Assembly: GCA_903824575.1 (NCBI GenBank)
Contig: CAIJXJ010000164.1
Location: forward strand, 303 to 64,302
Direction: 5' to 3'
DNA length: 64,000 nucleotides
From: an uncultured Methylobacillus sp.
Lineage (GTDB): Bacteria; Pseudomonadota; Gammaproteobacteria; Burkholderiales; Methylophilaceae
Of the stretch, positions 37,333-47,785 are shown piece after piece. The notes under the pieces are model-generated. The model had not been told where the DNA came from. It saw nothing but the letters and a program-made list of their open reading frames with translations, and did no database searches. How positions within the stretch are numbered: the first letter of the stretch is position 1; the number at the start of each line of letters is the position of its first letter. Both the position numbers and the translations under genes were made by a program.

Positions 37333-38313
37333 TCATCTACTCAGGACAACAATGTTCGCGCGGCATGCCCGATCTATCAGCCACGCGAGAGCCACATAAA
37401 ACAAGGCCAAAGCGCATAAGGCGACCTGCTGGACTTCTGGGGCAGCGTGCAACAACCCTGTTGCAATAATGCCCAATGACATCATCAGTGCATACTCCAA
37501 CCACGCCGTATCACGATGCCCCCACCCCATCTGTACCAGCCGTTGATAATAGTGTTCGCGGTGCGCCTGCCAAATCTTTTTCCCACGCAGCAGACGCCTG
37601 AGCAGAGTAACGCTGGCATCGACCACGAAGGGTGAAAACACCACCAGCGGAAACCATAGCGGCCATAGGCCACGCTGCCAGCCAAAGAGACCCAGCGCCG
37701 CCGACAGAAAGCCCAGCGGAATTGAACCGGCATCGCCCATGAAGATGCGCGCCGGATGAAAATTGAAGCGCAAAAAAGCCAATGCCGCCGCCGCGATACT
37801 CAGGCTGACCAGCGCCATAGCATCGTCACCCGCCAGCCACGACGCAGCACCGTAACTGCCAAACCCAAACAGTGCCATGCCCCCCGCCAGACCATCGGAG
37901 CCATCCATGAAGTTGTAGAGATTGGTCATCCAGACCATGACAAGCACCAGCAGTATGAACAACCACCAATCCGAACCCGGCAGCAGCATGGTCCAGACAA
38001 AAACGGCGGCCACCAGAAAGTGCATCAGAAAGCGCCAGGCGGCCGGAAGTCCGCGCAGGTCATCGACAAAGGAAACCAGCATCAGGAACAACACCCCAAG
38101 CGTCACGGGCAACAGCCAGGACTGCCACATCAGCCCCCATCCCGCCAGCATCCCGGCCATCAGGGCAAGGCCGCCAACCCGAGGAACAGGAACCTGATGC
38201 AGGGATCGTTCGTTCGGGATGTCCTGGATCTGCCGACCAACTTTAGTCGACAATATGACGGTTGTCAGCAACAGGGTAATCAAAAATGCAAAGACTGGAG
38301 TGTAGTACAGCAT
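37333..38313 (-). CDS. polyprenyl-phosphate HexNAc-1-phosphate transferase (WecA/WbpL, MraY-like family), initiating enzyme
   Basis: About 10 TMs, VDDLRGL, NLYNFMDGSDGLAGG and FMGDAGS motifs. Confidence 0.8.
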   Translation of the reverse strand: MLYYTPVFAFLITLLLTTVILSTKVGRQIQDIPNERSLHQVPVPRVGGLALMAGMLAGWGLMWQSWLLPVTLGVLFLMLVSFVDDLRGLPAAWRFLMHFLVAAVFVWTMLLPGSDWWLFILLVLVMVWMTNLYNFMDGSDGLAGGMALFGFGSYGAASWLAGDDAMALVSLSIAAAALAFLRFNFHPARIFMGDAGSIPLGFLSAALGLFGWQRGLWPLWFPLVVFSPFVVDASVTLLRRLLRGKKIWQAHREHYYQRLVQMGWGHRDTAWLEYALMMSLGIIATGLLHAAPEVQQVALCALALFYVALAWLIDRACRANIVVLSR

Positions 38314-38396
38314 ACGATGTCAGTGGAGGAATCTTGTAGGAAGCTGCATCATGGATACTCAGTCCACGAATTGCAAGAATAAACAAAGCACCACGA

Positions 38397-40508
38397 TCAG
38401 TTGCCAGCCGACAACAGGGAGCAATACTCATCGATGACATGCTGGTTTATTTTTTCAGCATCGAACGACTCATGTACACGGCACCGCGCGGCCTCACCCA
38501 TTTTCATTCTCAATGGTTTGTCATCCAGCAAACGTCGCAACGCACGCAACAATTCATCAGCACGATAGGATGGAACCAGCAATCCAGTCTCGCCATCAAC
38601 AACAGCATCAGCCAAACCATAGATGTCAGTTCCAATCGTGGGCACCCCCATCGCTGCAGCCTCAATCACCACCGTACCAAAACCCTCGCGGTAACTCGGC
38701 AAACACAAAATATCTGCCATCGCCAGATAGGCTTCAGGCACTTCAGAATGTCCGACCACATGCGCGTCAGGAAGGCAGGTGATGTCGCTTGGTAAAATTT
38801 CCCCGGCCACACCACTCCCGCTATCAAAACGACCAACGAACACCAGATGGGCATCGCTTGCTGTCGATTTAAGCTCAACAAAAGCCTGCAATAATTCGCG
38901 CACGCCCTTGTCCACGGTGATACGCCCTACAAACAACAACACCGGTACATTGGCCGCTATTCCAAGTGACGACCGCAGAGTTTCGCACTGGCTACTCGAA
39001 AATCGGTTGCGGTCAAAACGCTGCAAATCAACGCCGGCGAGAGAACCCGCACCGATGACCATTATGTTCCCGGCATCGATGATACCCTGGTCGATCAGAA
39101 ATTGTCGCTGACTCATGCTATCGGCATAACAGCGCGTATTCAAGACTCCGATCAATTTATCACTCGTTCTGGCAAGCAGCCGTTTTGTGCCTTGCATATT
39201 CACCCACGGCTGCCCGGTAAAGGTATGCAAACGAACCGGCACTCTGGCGGCGAATGCCGCCAAGGCTGTAAGTAATCCGGCTTTTGGTGTCGTTGAATGC
39301 GCAATCTCGACCTGTGCTCGCTGGAAGAATCGATAAAGCCGGAAAAGTGCCAATAAATCAAGCCATGGTGAAATGGCTCGCGGGATCTCAAGAGGAAAAC
39401 AAGTAACGCCTTCAATAGCTTCCAGTAGCGCCAGTTCCGGCTCATTACTAGTGACCACCAATACCTCAGCACCACTCTTGCCGAGCATCATGATTTGATT
39501 TTTGAGTTGGGCCACCACAAAAAACGGAACCGTTGAGATGCGCGCAATGCGAATGCCCGCAAGCTTTGCCGGGCGTAGCACTTGATCTTGAGTCGATGTC
39601 ACTTGTTCGCACTTGGCAGCCTTGCAATGAGGACAAACATACTGACCTGCCAGTGATGCGGTCATTACCTTTAACCGGTCCCAGGCAGACACGTGCTGCA
39701 TCACCGAACGATCAGCACGCGCCAGATGAAAAATATCGGCTGCAATGACCCTGAACAAGTCTTGCAGGGTCTTGATGCAATACACCAGAACTGCCAAAAA
39801 AATATTCAGCCATTGAGCACGACGGGTAAAAATTTCCAGCTGGACCTTCAGCAAACTCAGCCTCGCTCGTGAATTTATCCGCAGGGAAACTCGATCTCGT
39901 ATCCTGTACGCAAGCAATAGTTCCGGCAGGCACTCGAAGCGACTTTCCGGATAACTGCGTAGCAACAGGTCTTGATCCTCAGCCTTATCCACATTGCGAT
40001 ATCGATATTTTTTAAACCAGTCTAATCTTCCCATCCAACTCGGGTGTGCAAGATAAAACCCATTCCACGGCTGGCAACAGATTTCCCGGTGTGTCTGGTG
40101 AAAAGGAAACATCCCTGTGGCATCACCTTGGCCATTGAAAAGCATGACCCGCGTGCCGATCAAATCAAGGTCCGGATGACTTTCCAGATATTCCACCTGC
40201 CGTCTGATTCTGTCGGGAAAGCACATGTCGTCATTATCCATACGCGCAAAATATTTTCCTGAAGACCTGTCCAGAGCTTCATTGAGTCTTTGCGGCAAGC
40301 CCTGATTGATACCATCTGCAAATATTTTTATGCGTGGATCATTAAATCCTTTAGCGACTTCAACAGTCCCATCCGTTGATCCATCATCGATAAAGATCAA
40401 TTCCCAATACGGATAGCTTTGCAGCAAGACGGAAGCCAGCGCCTGACCTACTGTCTTTTCAGAATTAAAGGCCGGTAAGGCAATGCTGACGAGTGGAAAA
40501 TCTTCCAT
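38397..40508 (-). CDS. two-domain glycosyltransferase: N-terminal GT2 (GT-A) fused to C-terminal GT4 (GT-B)
   Basis: N-terminus VSIALPAFNSEKTVGQALASVLLQSYPYWELIFIDDGSTDGT and a DxD motif (ARMDNDD). C-terminus LPSYREGFGTVVIEAAAMGVPTIGTD. 703 aa. Confidence 0.8.
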   Translation of the reverse strand: MEDFPLVSIALPAFNSEKTVGQALASVLLQSYPYWELIFIDDGSTDGTVEVAKGFNDPRIKIFADGINQGLPQRLNEALDRSSGKYFARMDNDDMCFPDRIRRQVEYLESHPDLDLIGTRVMLFNGQGDATGMFPFHQTHREICCQPWNGFYLAHPSWMGRLDWFKKYRYRNVDKAEDQDLLLRSYPESRFECLPELLLAYRIRDRVSLRINSRARLSLLKVQLEIFTRRAQWLNIFLAVLVYCIKTLQDLFRVIAADIFHLARADRSVMQHVSAWDRLKVMTASLAGQYVCPHCKAAKCEQVTSTQDQVLRPAKLAGIRIARISTVPFFVVAQLKNQIMMLGKSGAEVLVVTSNEPELALLEAIEGVTCFPLEIPRAISPWLDLLALFRLYRFFQRAQVEIAHSTTPKAGLLTALAAFAARVPVRLHTFTGQPWVNMQGTKRLLARTSDKLIGVLNTRCYADSMSQRQFLIDQGIIDAGNIMVIGAGSLAGVDLQRFDRNRFSSSQCETLRSSLGIAANVPVLLFVGRITVDKGVRELLQAFVELKSTASDAHLVFVGRFDSGSGVAGEILPSDITCLPDAHVVGHSEVPEAYLAMADILCLPSYREGFGTVVIEAAAMGVPTIGTDIYGLADAVVDGETGLLVPSYRADELLRALRRLLDDKPLRMKMGEAARCRVHESFDAEKINQHVIDEYCSLLSAGN

Positions 40509-40521
40509 TTAGGTGGCGGAA

Positions 40522-41706
40522 CTATTCAAGCCCCATTGATTTAAAAGCATGTTGGAAACGCTTGTGCCAGGTATGATCCTGCAGGCAGCGCTGATAACCG
40601 GCGATCCTCACCTTTTCGCGCGCATCGTCATGTGACAGATAAAATTTGATCTTGTCCACGAGTTCTTCAGCGCTACGGTAGCACACGATCTCTTGATCCA
40701 CATGGAAAAACTCTTCAAGTTCTTCCATATACTCAACCATGTAAAAACCGCCGCTCATCGGCACTTCGAAGTCTCTCAACCGAATTTGCAAAATCCTGTG
40801 ATCCGTCGTGAAAGTATTGCCACAACTCGAGAACCCCAAATTGATCTTCGATCGACTGTACATCTGTATCATTTCGATGTCAGACAAGATATCGCCCACT
40901 ATTTTTTGTGGAAGCCTGACATTCATTGGTTGTGACGAATTAGCCACAGCTGGTTGCAATCTTGCAGCCAAATGACGAATAGCCCGTCGTTGCCCCTCAA
41001 TAGTCAGAAGCTTCCGTAGAATATCCCCGTAACGTTTCCAGACAGAGGCCTTGGAAAATTTCCCGAGGCCCCCGGTAAATTGCTGCCAGCCATATCCCCA
41101 CACACGAACATCAATACCAGAGTCCAGCAAGTGTTTGATATAGGCTGGACGATCACCGTAAGCCTGACCAACAAATGTCACATCGAATTGACGCAGAAGA
41201 TCGTACGGCTTGTAAATGTTCGGGTTGGCCGCCTCTTGGGAATAGAGAGGGCTGGCGCCCATCCGCCGATAATCTTCAAGCCTGAACTTCTCCGGAACCA
41301 GACAGAAATCGTAGTGCGGGGCAATCTCGGAAACCAGGTGCAACTGATAGGATCCATTGCAGTACCAATTAACGGTCTTGATTCCAAGTGCCTTGATTTC
41401 CTCAATAGCCTCCGGCAAGACACAGGCATCGTAAAAGTAGCTGAAAAACAGATCGATTGGCTGCTTTTGATGTGCCCGTTTTATTTGTCGTAACAATTCC
41501 CGACTAAGGTGCGGCCTATTTGTTTCGATGAATCTATTTTGATCAGAATAGGTCTTGTCCAGATTCGAGAAGGTCGCTCTCAAATCATATTCAAACTCGA
41601 TGACATCATGCCCCAGATCCACCAGTGGCAAATAAAGATTGTTGCGCCACAAGTTCGACTTGAAGGCAGGATTCGGCGTTGTATCTGACGCATAGAAAAT
41701 ACGCAT
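40522..41706 (-). CDS. putative glycosyltransferase, CgeB-like (DUF3880-type)
   Basis: The N-terminus MRIFYASDTTPNP...NLYLPLVDLGHDV and C-terminus (YRSAEELVDKIKFYLSHDDAREKI) resemble CgeB-family proteins. From memory, unverified. Confidence 0.45.
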   Translation of the reverse strand: MRIFYASDTTPNPAFKSNLWRNNLYLPLVDLGHDVIEFEYDLRATFSNLDKTYSDQNRFIETNRPHLSRELLRQIKRAHQKQPIDLFFSYFYDACVLPEAIEEIKALGIKTVNWYCNGSYQLHLVSEIAPHYDFCLVPEKFRLEDYRRMGASPLYSQEAANPNIYKPYDLLRQFDVTFVGQAYGDRPAYIKHLLDSGIDVRVWGYGWQQFTGGLGKFSKASVWKRYGDILRKLLTIEGQRRAIRHLAARLQPAVANSSQPMNVRLPQKIVGDILSDIEMIQMYSRSKINLGFSSCGNTFTTDHRILQIRLRDFEVPMSGGFYMVEYMEELEEFFHVDQEIVCYRSAEELVDKIKFYLSHDDAREKVRIAGYQRCLQDHTWHKRFQHAFKSMGLE

Positions 41707-41713
41707 GATCGGA

Positions 41714-42418
41714 TTACAACTGATACAACAATGTCATGCCTGGCAAACCCGTATTCGTTGACATCACCCGGTATTTACCAGGACTGGCAGCCAGAACGTC
41801 TTGAATGGCATTGAATGGCCCGACATTGTAACCGGCAAGCGCTGATTGAAAAAAGGTATCGTGCAACAGGACATTTGCATTCGGCATACTCTTTATCACC
41901 CCCTGTAACTCTCTCAACACCGATTCATATCCATGGTCCCCATCAATAAATACCAGGGTTTTGTATCCGGGATTGTTCTGATACAGCTCTATGGCCTGAA
42001 CCAATCCGTCGGCCTGATAGAGGGTTACGTCGCGCAAACCTTTGACCATATAACCGCGATCTGAGCGTGGATGTTCGCCATGTTCAGCATCGTCGGGAAG
42101 ATCGATCGAATGCACGTGCAAAGGAATTCTGAAATGCTTGCCGACCTCATGAAATATGCGCGCTGATTTGCCGATATTGGTTCCCCATTCAAAAATTTGC
42201 TGAGGCTTCAATCGGCAAACAGCAGCCACCATCAGATTCAATTCCGCCAGTGGATAGGGATGGATTCCCGCCAGCGGCACCAACTTTTTCACGATAAAAT
42301 CCGAAATCAACCAATTGTTCACCTCAAACTCGCTGCAACCCGTATTAATAGACGGATCCTCACGACTGGCACTCGCAAATCGCTTTAATCCACCTGCCAA
42401 ACGTTTTATTAATCTCAT
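41714..42418 (-). CDS. class I SAM-dependent methyltransferase (Methyltransf_24 / CmcI-like)
   Basis: IFEWGTNIGKSA (a SAM glycine-rich loop equivalent) and LVFIDGDHGYESVLRELQ, typical of this family. Confidence 0.55.
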   Translation of the reverse strand: MRLIKRLAGGLKRFASASREDPSINTGCSEFEVNNWLISDFIVKKLVPLAGIHPYPLAELNLMVAAVCRLKPQQIFEWGTNIGKSARIFHEVGKHFRIPLHVHSIDLPDDAEHGEHPRSDRGYMVKGLRDVTLYQADGLVQAIELYQNNPGYKTLVFIDGDHGYESVLRELQGVIKSMPNANVLLHDTFFQSALAGYNVGPFNAIQDVLAASPGKYRVMSTNTGLPGMTLLYQL

Positions 42419-43713
42419 GAAGATTGACCCGGTAAATTTTCAAAAACTTCCTCATAGCGCAAAGCTATTTTCTGCCAGGTAAACTGCTCCGACCAGTTAT
42501 ATTTTCCTTGAACTCCCATCGATTCAAGCAATTCCGGCTGGTTCATCAACCCGGCCATTTTTTCTGCTAACACGCCATTGTCGACACGAGTATAGCCTTG
42601 CTTATCCAGAAAGGATGGACATATTTCACCGCACCCGGTCCATCCGGCAATTTCCGCTGCATTGCCCACACTAACCGTCAGAAAAGGCGTCCCGGCAGCG
42701 GCAGACTCAAACAACACCAATGGGGAATACTCTATATTTGAAGCAAAAACAAACAAGTCCGCCGCCATATAAGCCTGAATTAATTCAGACCGTGGGAAAT
42801 TGAGCAACAGAATCTTCTTTTCGGCAGCACTCTGATTGACCCGCAAAGCAACACGTTCAATTGAATCATTGTCCCCACCAGACAAACCCGTTTTCCTGGA
42901 CAGCATTTTGATGGTTCGCTTTAAAACAGACTTGAAACCATAAACCTTGAATAAGCCAATGATTTTCAAAATCCAGGATAGAGGCCCCGATTTTATTTGC
43001 AGCAACCGGTTTCCGTTCAGGATCAAAACAGCATTTCTACCGGCAGGCAGTTCCATCCGTTCGAACGCCTGTGCAATTTCCTGATGCCCTTTCAACCCTG
43101 TCAAACTGCCAACAGTTAAAAACAAAAATGCATCTTCAGGAATATGATTGTTCGATCTGAATAGTGGATTGGCGGGAACCATGAATTCGTTTTCACTTGC
43201 GCCATTCGGAATGATCGTAAAACGGGTGATGCCATGAGCCCGAGCGAGGTCAATATCGCGGTAATCCGAGGCATAAAAAATCAGATGGTCGAATTTGTGG
43301 AGGATGGCTGGCATCTGCCTGAAATAATCCGCGTAACCTGGCTCGTATAAGCCGGAAAAGCCACAGGGAATAAAAACTTTTGGAAAACCGATGCGATCCA
43401 ACACCGGCCACAGCGCATCAAAAGTCCACTGCTGGGCTGCCTTGATCATGACAACGTCAAAATCTCCTTTGGAAACGTAGTCCTGATATCTTTCCTGCTC
43501 GCCAAATATTCCACGCACCAAATTACCCGAAACATCAAACTCCCGGATACTTACCCCATTGAGCGTATCGAAACTCCTGCTTGGCAATTTGCCGGTTGCA
43601 ACCGTCACCTCATGGCCACGCACCACCAGTCTTTCCGCCACCTGACGCATTACCTCCTGAACGCCACCGATACTGGGTGCATAAAATTCACAACAAAACA
43701 GGATTCGCATCAA
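42415..43713 (-). CDS. glycosyltransferase family 4 (GT-B)
   Basis: MRILFCCEFYAPSIGGVQEVMRQVAERLVVRGHEVTV and FASNIEYSPLVLFESAAAGTPF. Confidence 0.8.
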   Translation of the reverse strand: MMRILFCCEFYAPSIGGVQEVMRQVAERLVVRGHEVTVATGKLPSRSFDTLNGVSIREFDVSGNLVRGIFGEQERYQDYVSKGDFDVVMIKAAQQWTFDALWPVLDRIGFPKVFIPCGFSGLYEPGYADYFRQMPAILHKFDHLIFYASDYRDIDLARAHGITRFTIIPNGASENEFMVPANPLFRSNNHIPEDAFLFLTVGSLTGLKGHQEIAQAFERMELPAGRNAVLILNGNRLLQIKSGPLSWILKIIGLFKVYGFKSVLKRTIKMLSRKTGLSGGDNDSIERVALRVNQSAAEKKILLLNFPRSELIQAYMAADLFVFASNIEYSPLVLFESAAAGTPFLTVSVGNAAEIAGWTGCGEICPSFLDKQGYTRVDNGVLAEKMAGLMNQPELLESMGVQGKYNWSEQFTWQKIALRYEEVFENLPGQSS

Positions 43714-44654
43714 CGCATCTCTTTTTTACTCTCGGCAGCAAACCAATCCCAAGTACGCGTCAAGCCGTCTTCCAAACTTATCGCGGCTGTCCATCCAGAA
43801 ACGGCAGTCAATTTTTTGCTATCCAACACATTAGTTGCCACATCGAAAGAACGTGCCAGCGCATTTGTGACAACGGTAGCTATACCCTGACGACGAGCCA
43901 AAACAGCAAGCTGCTCAATAATTTCAAGGTTAGACCTGCCGATGCCAGTGCCAATGTTATAGCATTCGCCAGCCACCCCAGAATCCAGAGCCGCAACCAA
44001 ACCTATTGCAACATCCTCAACATAGATATAGTCACGCACAGTACCAGATTCACCAAAAATCGTAATCTCCCGACCTGTCAGTATCGAAGCAACCGCCGTT
44101 GAAACAAAACCCTGTCCCTCGAAGGCACGCTGTCCCTCACCATAAGGGTTGGCAGGACGCACGCAAACGACCGGTAATCCCTGCAATTTATGGTAAAACT
44201 GCGCATACTTCTCTAGTGCCAACTTGGTAATGCCATAAGGCGATATGGGGTTGGTAGGATGAGTCTCCGTGATGGGCAGAATTTGCGATTCACCATAAAC
44301 TGTTCCACCAGACGAAACAAAAACCAGTTTCTTGATTGGCAATCTACTCGCAACATCGAACAGCCCGACAGAACTTGGCAGGTTATCGGTAATATCCAGC
44401 AACGGATTTTCATAACTCGTCTTGGGAACCGTCGAATAAGCCAGATCGACGACTTCATCAACATCCTGCAACACTTGAGAGACGAAATCTTGATTTCGAA
44501 TATCGCCCTGACAATATTCCACTTCAACCGGCAACTTAGTCAGCGCGCGATCACGCCGACCTGCAACACGCACTGTTCTACCGGTACGCAGCAACTCCCG
44601 GACCAAGTGCCTGCCGATAAACCCGGCTCCACCAATAACACAACAGATTCCCAT
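43710..44654 (-). CDS. NAD-dependent sugar epimerase/dehydratase (SDR, GalE-like)
   Basis: Start at inner ATG 44654 (ATGA overlap with the upstream GT2 stop). VIGGAGFIGRHL, a YxxxK motif (SPYGITK). Confidence 0.8.
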   Translation of the reverse strand: MGICCVIGGAGFIGRHLVRELLRTGRTVRVAGRRDRALTKLPVEVEYCQGDIRNQDFVSQVLQDVDEVVDLAYSTVPKTSYENPLLDITDNLPSSVGLFDVASRLPIKKLVFVSSGGTVYGESQILPITETHPTNPISPYGITKLALEKYAQFYHKLQGLPVVCVRPANPYGEGQRAFEGQGFVSTAVASILTGREITIFGESGTVRDYIYVEDVAIGLVAALDSGVAGECYNIGTGIGRSNLEIIEQLAVLARRQGIATVVTNALARSFDVATNVLDSKKLTAVSGWTAAISLEDGLTRTWDWFAAESKKEMR

Positions 44655-45679
44655 CAGGACGCCATCGCGCGCTTCACGGCACGCTTTGCGCAACGTCCCA
44701 CCGGCCCTGCCAGAAGTTTTCCCAGCCAGCCACCGGTTCGATACTCCAGATAGTGGTAGCGCAGTTGGCTCAACTTCATTTTCAGCAAACCATGAAGCTG
44801 CGGGGAAGCACCTCCTGCCTCTTTGGCAATGCAAGCTGCCGCGTCTTTTAGCACTGAGGCCATCGGGTAAAATTTCTGCCCACGCGGCAAATCGACATAA
44901 TCCCCATGCGTCAGCCTGGAGATCGCCACGATCTCTGGCGCATCAACATCCCGACCAGAATAGCAAGCAATATTTTCCCCGCTAATCCTGATCAAACGCG
45001 ACCGGAAAGGATTCACCCCGGCCCGCGACATGCTGCCCGGCACTTCACGGTAGGCCATCAGCGCCTCCGGCAGATTTGCCATCTCGAATTTTCTGGCCAC
45101 CCGCGACCAGAGTTCATAGTCTTCCGGTGGTTGCCTGGACTTATCCTCGCAATAAGCACCGATTTCCTCGAAAACACTCCGCCGTATCATCACCGAGCTA
45201 TGCACGAACGGGTTATCAAACAACAGACTGAATTTAATCGAGGCATCATCTGTCGGGTGCTGCATGACGCGATCAGACTTTTCTTTACCCACCCAGATTT
45301 CCGCCCAAGAACCGACCATGCCCACCTCAGGATTGGCCTCAAGAAACGCCAACTGCTTTGCCAGTCGATCAGGAAAGGAAACATCATCCTGATCCTGGCG
45401 GGCGATATATTCGCCCCTGGCATGAGAAATTGCCCTGTTAAGTGTAATTGGCAAACCTTGATTCGGTTGTTGAAAAAAACGGACTCTGGAATCGTCCAGT
45501 TTTTCGATTAGTTCCCTTGACCCATCGCTTGAGCCATCGTCAATGACGATCAATTCAAGATTGCTGAAGGATTGCGTCAGGATGCCATCAAGGGCATCCT
45601 TCAAATATTCCTGCCCATTAAAAACTGGAAGGATCACGCTTAATTTCGGATTCTCATGAATACCGAGGGATGACAGCAT
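44654..45679 (-). CDS. glycosyltransferase family 2
   Basis: LSVILPVFNGQEYLKDALDGILTQSFSNLELIVIDDGSSDGS and ARQDQDD (DxD). Confidence 0.85.
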   Translation of the reverse strand: MLSSLGIHENPKLSVILPVFNGQEYLKDALDGILTQSFSNLELIVIDDGSSDGSRELIEKLDDSRVRFFQQPNQGLPITLNRAISHARGEYIARQDQDDVSFPDRLAKQLAFLEANPEVGMVGSWAEIWVGKEKSDRVMQHPTDDASIKFSLLFDNPFVHSSVMIRRSVFEEIGAYCEDKSRQPPEDYELWSRVARKFEMANLPEALMAYREVPGSMSRAGVNPFRSRLIRISGENIACYSGRDVDAPEIVAISRLTHGDYVDLPRGQKFYPMASVLKDAAACIAKEAGGASPQLHGLLKMKLSQLRYHYLEYRTGGWLGKLLAGPVGRCAKRAVKRAMAS

Positions 45680-45688
45680 ATTCCTTGA

Positions 45689-46267
45689 TTACTCCCTATC
45701 CTTGATATGCCTCGCAGGATTCCCACCCACGATAGCATATGCCCCCACGTCTTTCGTCACGACGCTGCCGGCCGCCACAATGACTCCGTCACCAATTTTT
45801 ACCCCGTCAACGATCACCGAATTAGCACCAATCCAGACATCATGGCCGATGCTTATTCCTTCGCTCGTCAAGTTCTGCAATCTCATCGGCACGGCACCTC
45901 GGGCAACACCGTGATTTGCCCCCGCGATCGTGACATTTGGTCCAATCATGACATCATTCCCAATTTCAATCTTGCCCACCAGCGCACAATTGAAGCCTAT
46001 CCATACATTGTCACCAACCGTCAATGTTAATGGGGCCATCAGCACATTATTGGCTATGGTGACATTTTTCCCCATGAAAATTGATTTTCTATTTCGAATG
46101 ACTGCATTCCCCCATATGCATATCGGGAATTCAATCCGTCCAAAAAAAGGCTTATTCAGGAGATAAAACAGCACACCCTGCACTCGACTCATGCGGTCAG
46201 GAATATGCCATCGATAAAAAATATCAACCACCCTGCTGATCAATTTTGACAAACTCCTCCTTGCCAC
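45689..46267 (-). CDS. hexapeptide-repeat (LbH) O-acetyltransferase
   Basis: Repeated [LIV]G-x4 hexapeptides (IGNDVMIGPNVTI, IGHDVWIGANSVI, IGDGVIVAAGSVV). Start uncertain: GTG 46267 is 1 nt after the upstream stop, alternatively ATG 46192. Confidence 0.7.
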   Translation of the reverse strand: MARRSLSKLISRVVDIFYRWHIPDRMSRVQGVLFYLLNKPFFGRIEFPICIWGNAVIRNRKSIFMGKNVTIANNVLMAPLTLTVGDNVWIGFNCALVGKIEIGNDVMIGPNVTIAGANHGVARGAVPMRLQNLTSEGISIGHDVWIGANSVIVDGVKIGDGVIVAAGSVVTKDVGAYAIVGGNPARHIKDRE

Positions 46268-46268
46268 C

Positions 46269-47012
46269 TCATGCTGCCTTCTTAAACCAGAAACAACCGC
46301 AGCCATAATTCTGCTCGGAAACATCCTTGCCCGTGGCCACATCATTCAAGCCGCCATCTTCAGGGCGTTCTGAAATCAAGGCGAAACTGACCAGTCTCAA
46401 GCCTGAGAAATACTCAAGCACCTGCTCATACGAATAAATTCTGTGCGCATTAAACATGATTCGAGGCTTACCTACCGGTACTACAAACAACAAATTTCCA
46501 TCTTTTGCCAGGACTCGATCCAGCTCCTTGAAAGCTTTCAAATCACCTTCCGGATCTATCGGATCACCATAGCGCCCCAAGCCGATATGTTCGACCACAT
46601 GCATACATGAAATGGATTTTACGCTGCTGTCATCAAAGGGCAGGTCAACAATGTTTGCCGCCGAAGATTTTAAATTGCTCAACCTGACATCTGCAGGTCG
46701 AAAATCATAAAAGTGCACCGGGACAAATGCCGACAACATGGTTGAAAAGTTGAGCGTTGATGAAATATCGACGTGCTCCGCCGGCTTGGTTTCAGCCAAT
46801 ATTCGAGCCGCCCATGCCGGGTGATAAAGGTAGTGTCTATCAAAACCTGTTGTTTTTGTGTTGTCATCCAGGCAGGGATATCGGTTTTTCCATTCAACAG
46901 AAAATCGACCGTCATTGGACTTTTTCTTAAACGTCTGGAAATCACCCATGAATTTATATTGCCGCCAAATATGACGGATTTTTTTTGCAATCGCCCGCAG
47001 CATTTTTCTCAT
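46269..47012 (-). CDS. class I SAM-dependent methyltransferase (Methyltransf_11 / DUF268-like)
   Basis: VDISSTL..., LPFDDSSVKSISCMHVVEHIGLGRYGD and LAKDGNLLFVVP match SAM-MT motifs I, post-II and III. Confidence 0.55.
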   Translation of the reverse strand: MRKMLRAIAKKIRHIWRQYKFMGDFQTFKKKSNDGRFSVEWKNRYPCLDDNTKTTGFDRHYLYHPAWAARILAETKPAEHVDISSTLNFSTMLSAFVPVHFYDFRPADVRLSNLKSSAANIVDLPFDDSSVKSISCMHVVEHIGLGRYGDPIDPEGDLKAFKELDRVLAKDGNLLFVVPVGKPRIMFNAHRIYSYEQVLEYFSGLRLVSFALISERPEDGGLNDVATGKDVSEQNYGCGCFWFKKAA

Positions 47013-47110
47013 CAATGACCTGTCAACACCAATTCAAACCGGTTCGCTTTGTACAAACTCGATTCCAATCCTGATCGACAGTCTGTAGTTTCCTGAATAT
47101 TCATGGCAGC

Positions 47111-47785
47111 CTAACGTTGCGCCCATGCAGACTTATCAACAAAAATCGTGTTTATATAGGTATCTGCGTAAGGGATGTAATCACACGCTTTCATATAGTC
47201 AATAATTTCAACGAGCTTTCTTTCTGTTTTGTCGTCGGTGTAGGTCAGCGTTTCAATACAAAACACTTGAGGTCTATACTTTGAAAAATCAAATGATTTG
47301 ATAATTTCAAAGTCCATGCCCTCAACATCAAGGGAAATGAAATTGGGGCACGATGGGAAATATTCTTCAATCACCTTATTTATGGAGACAAGAGGCACAT
47401 CTATAATTTTTTCAATTTTTTGCTTGCCATTGGCCTGGTATCGAGTAGCCTCTTCCAGAGAAAAAGTGTTGAGTGTTCTTGCCGAAAGAAGATAAAATTT
47501 TGCTGTTGCTTCCGGACCAATGCCCACCCCAACGTTCAGGCACACATCTCTTTTCCGTACTTTCCTGATGTAATCCATCAACGTCGGGTCAGGTTCAATA
47601 CAAACACCGGAGCAGCCATTGTTATAGAAAAAAAAGGTATTACTGATGTATCTGGGATGATGTGCCCCGACATCAAGATAGCTTGGATGGCTTATTCTCA
47701 TGGTCTGAAACAGAAAATTCACGATCAAATCTTCCCCGCACTGCGAGTAACTGATTTTTTCTTCTTTTCGTATCCATTTAAGCAC
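47111..47785 (-). CDS. FkbM-family methyltransferase
   Basis: YLDVGAHHP...GVCIEPDP and ISLDVEGMDFEIIKS resemble the FkbM family pattern (DVGAN..., IE P, K(I/L)D(V/I)EG.E). Confidence 0.6.
   Translation of the reverse strand: MLKWIRKEEKISYSQCGEDLIVNFLFQTMRISHPSYLDVGAHHPRYISNTFFFYNNGCSGVCIEPDPTLMDYIRKVRKRDVCLNVGVGIGPEATAKFYLLSARTLNTFSLEEATRYQANGKQKIEKIIDVPLVSINKVIEEYFPSCPNFISLDVEGMDFEIIKSFDFSKYRPQVFCIETLTYTDDKTERKLVEIIDYMKACDYIPYADTYINTIFVDKSAWAQR

Noticed and set aside
47012-47104. 30-codon ORF (MNIQETTDCRSGLESSLYKANRFELVLTGH) that fits in the spacer between the FkbM-like and DUF268-like methyltransferase genes and overlaps the downstream start as TGATG.
   Set aside because: There is no convincing Shine-Dalgarno sequence and no recognisable similarity, and the length is within chance expectation for a 95-nt spacer. 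It is kept only as a note.
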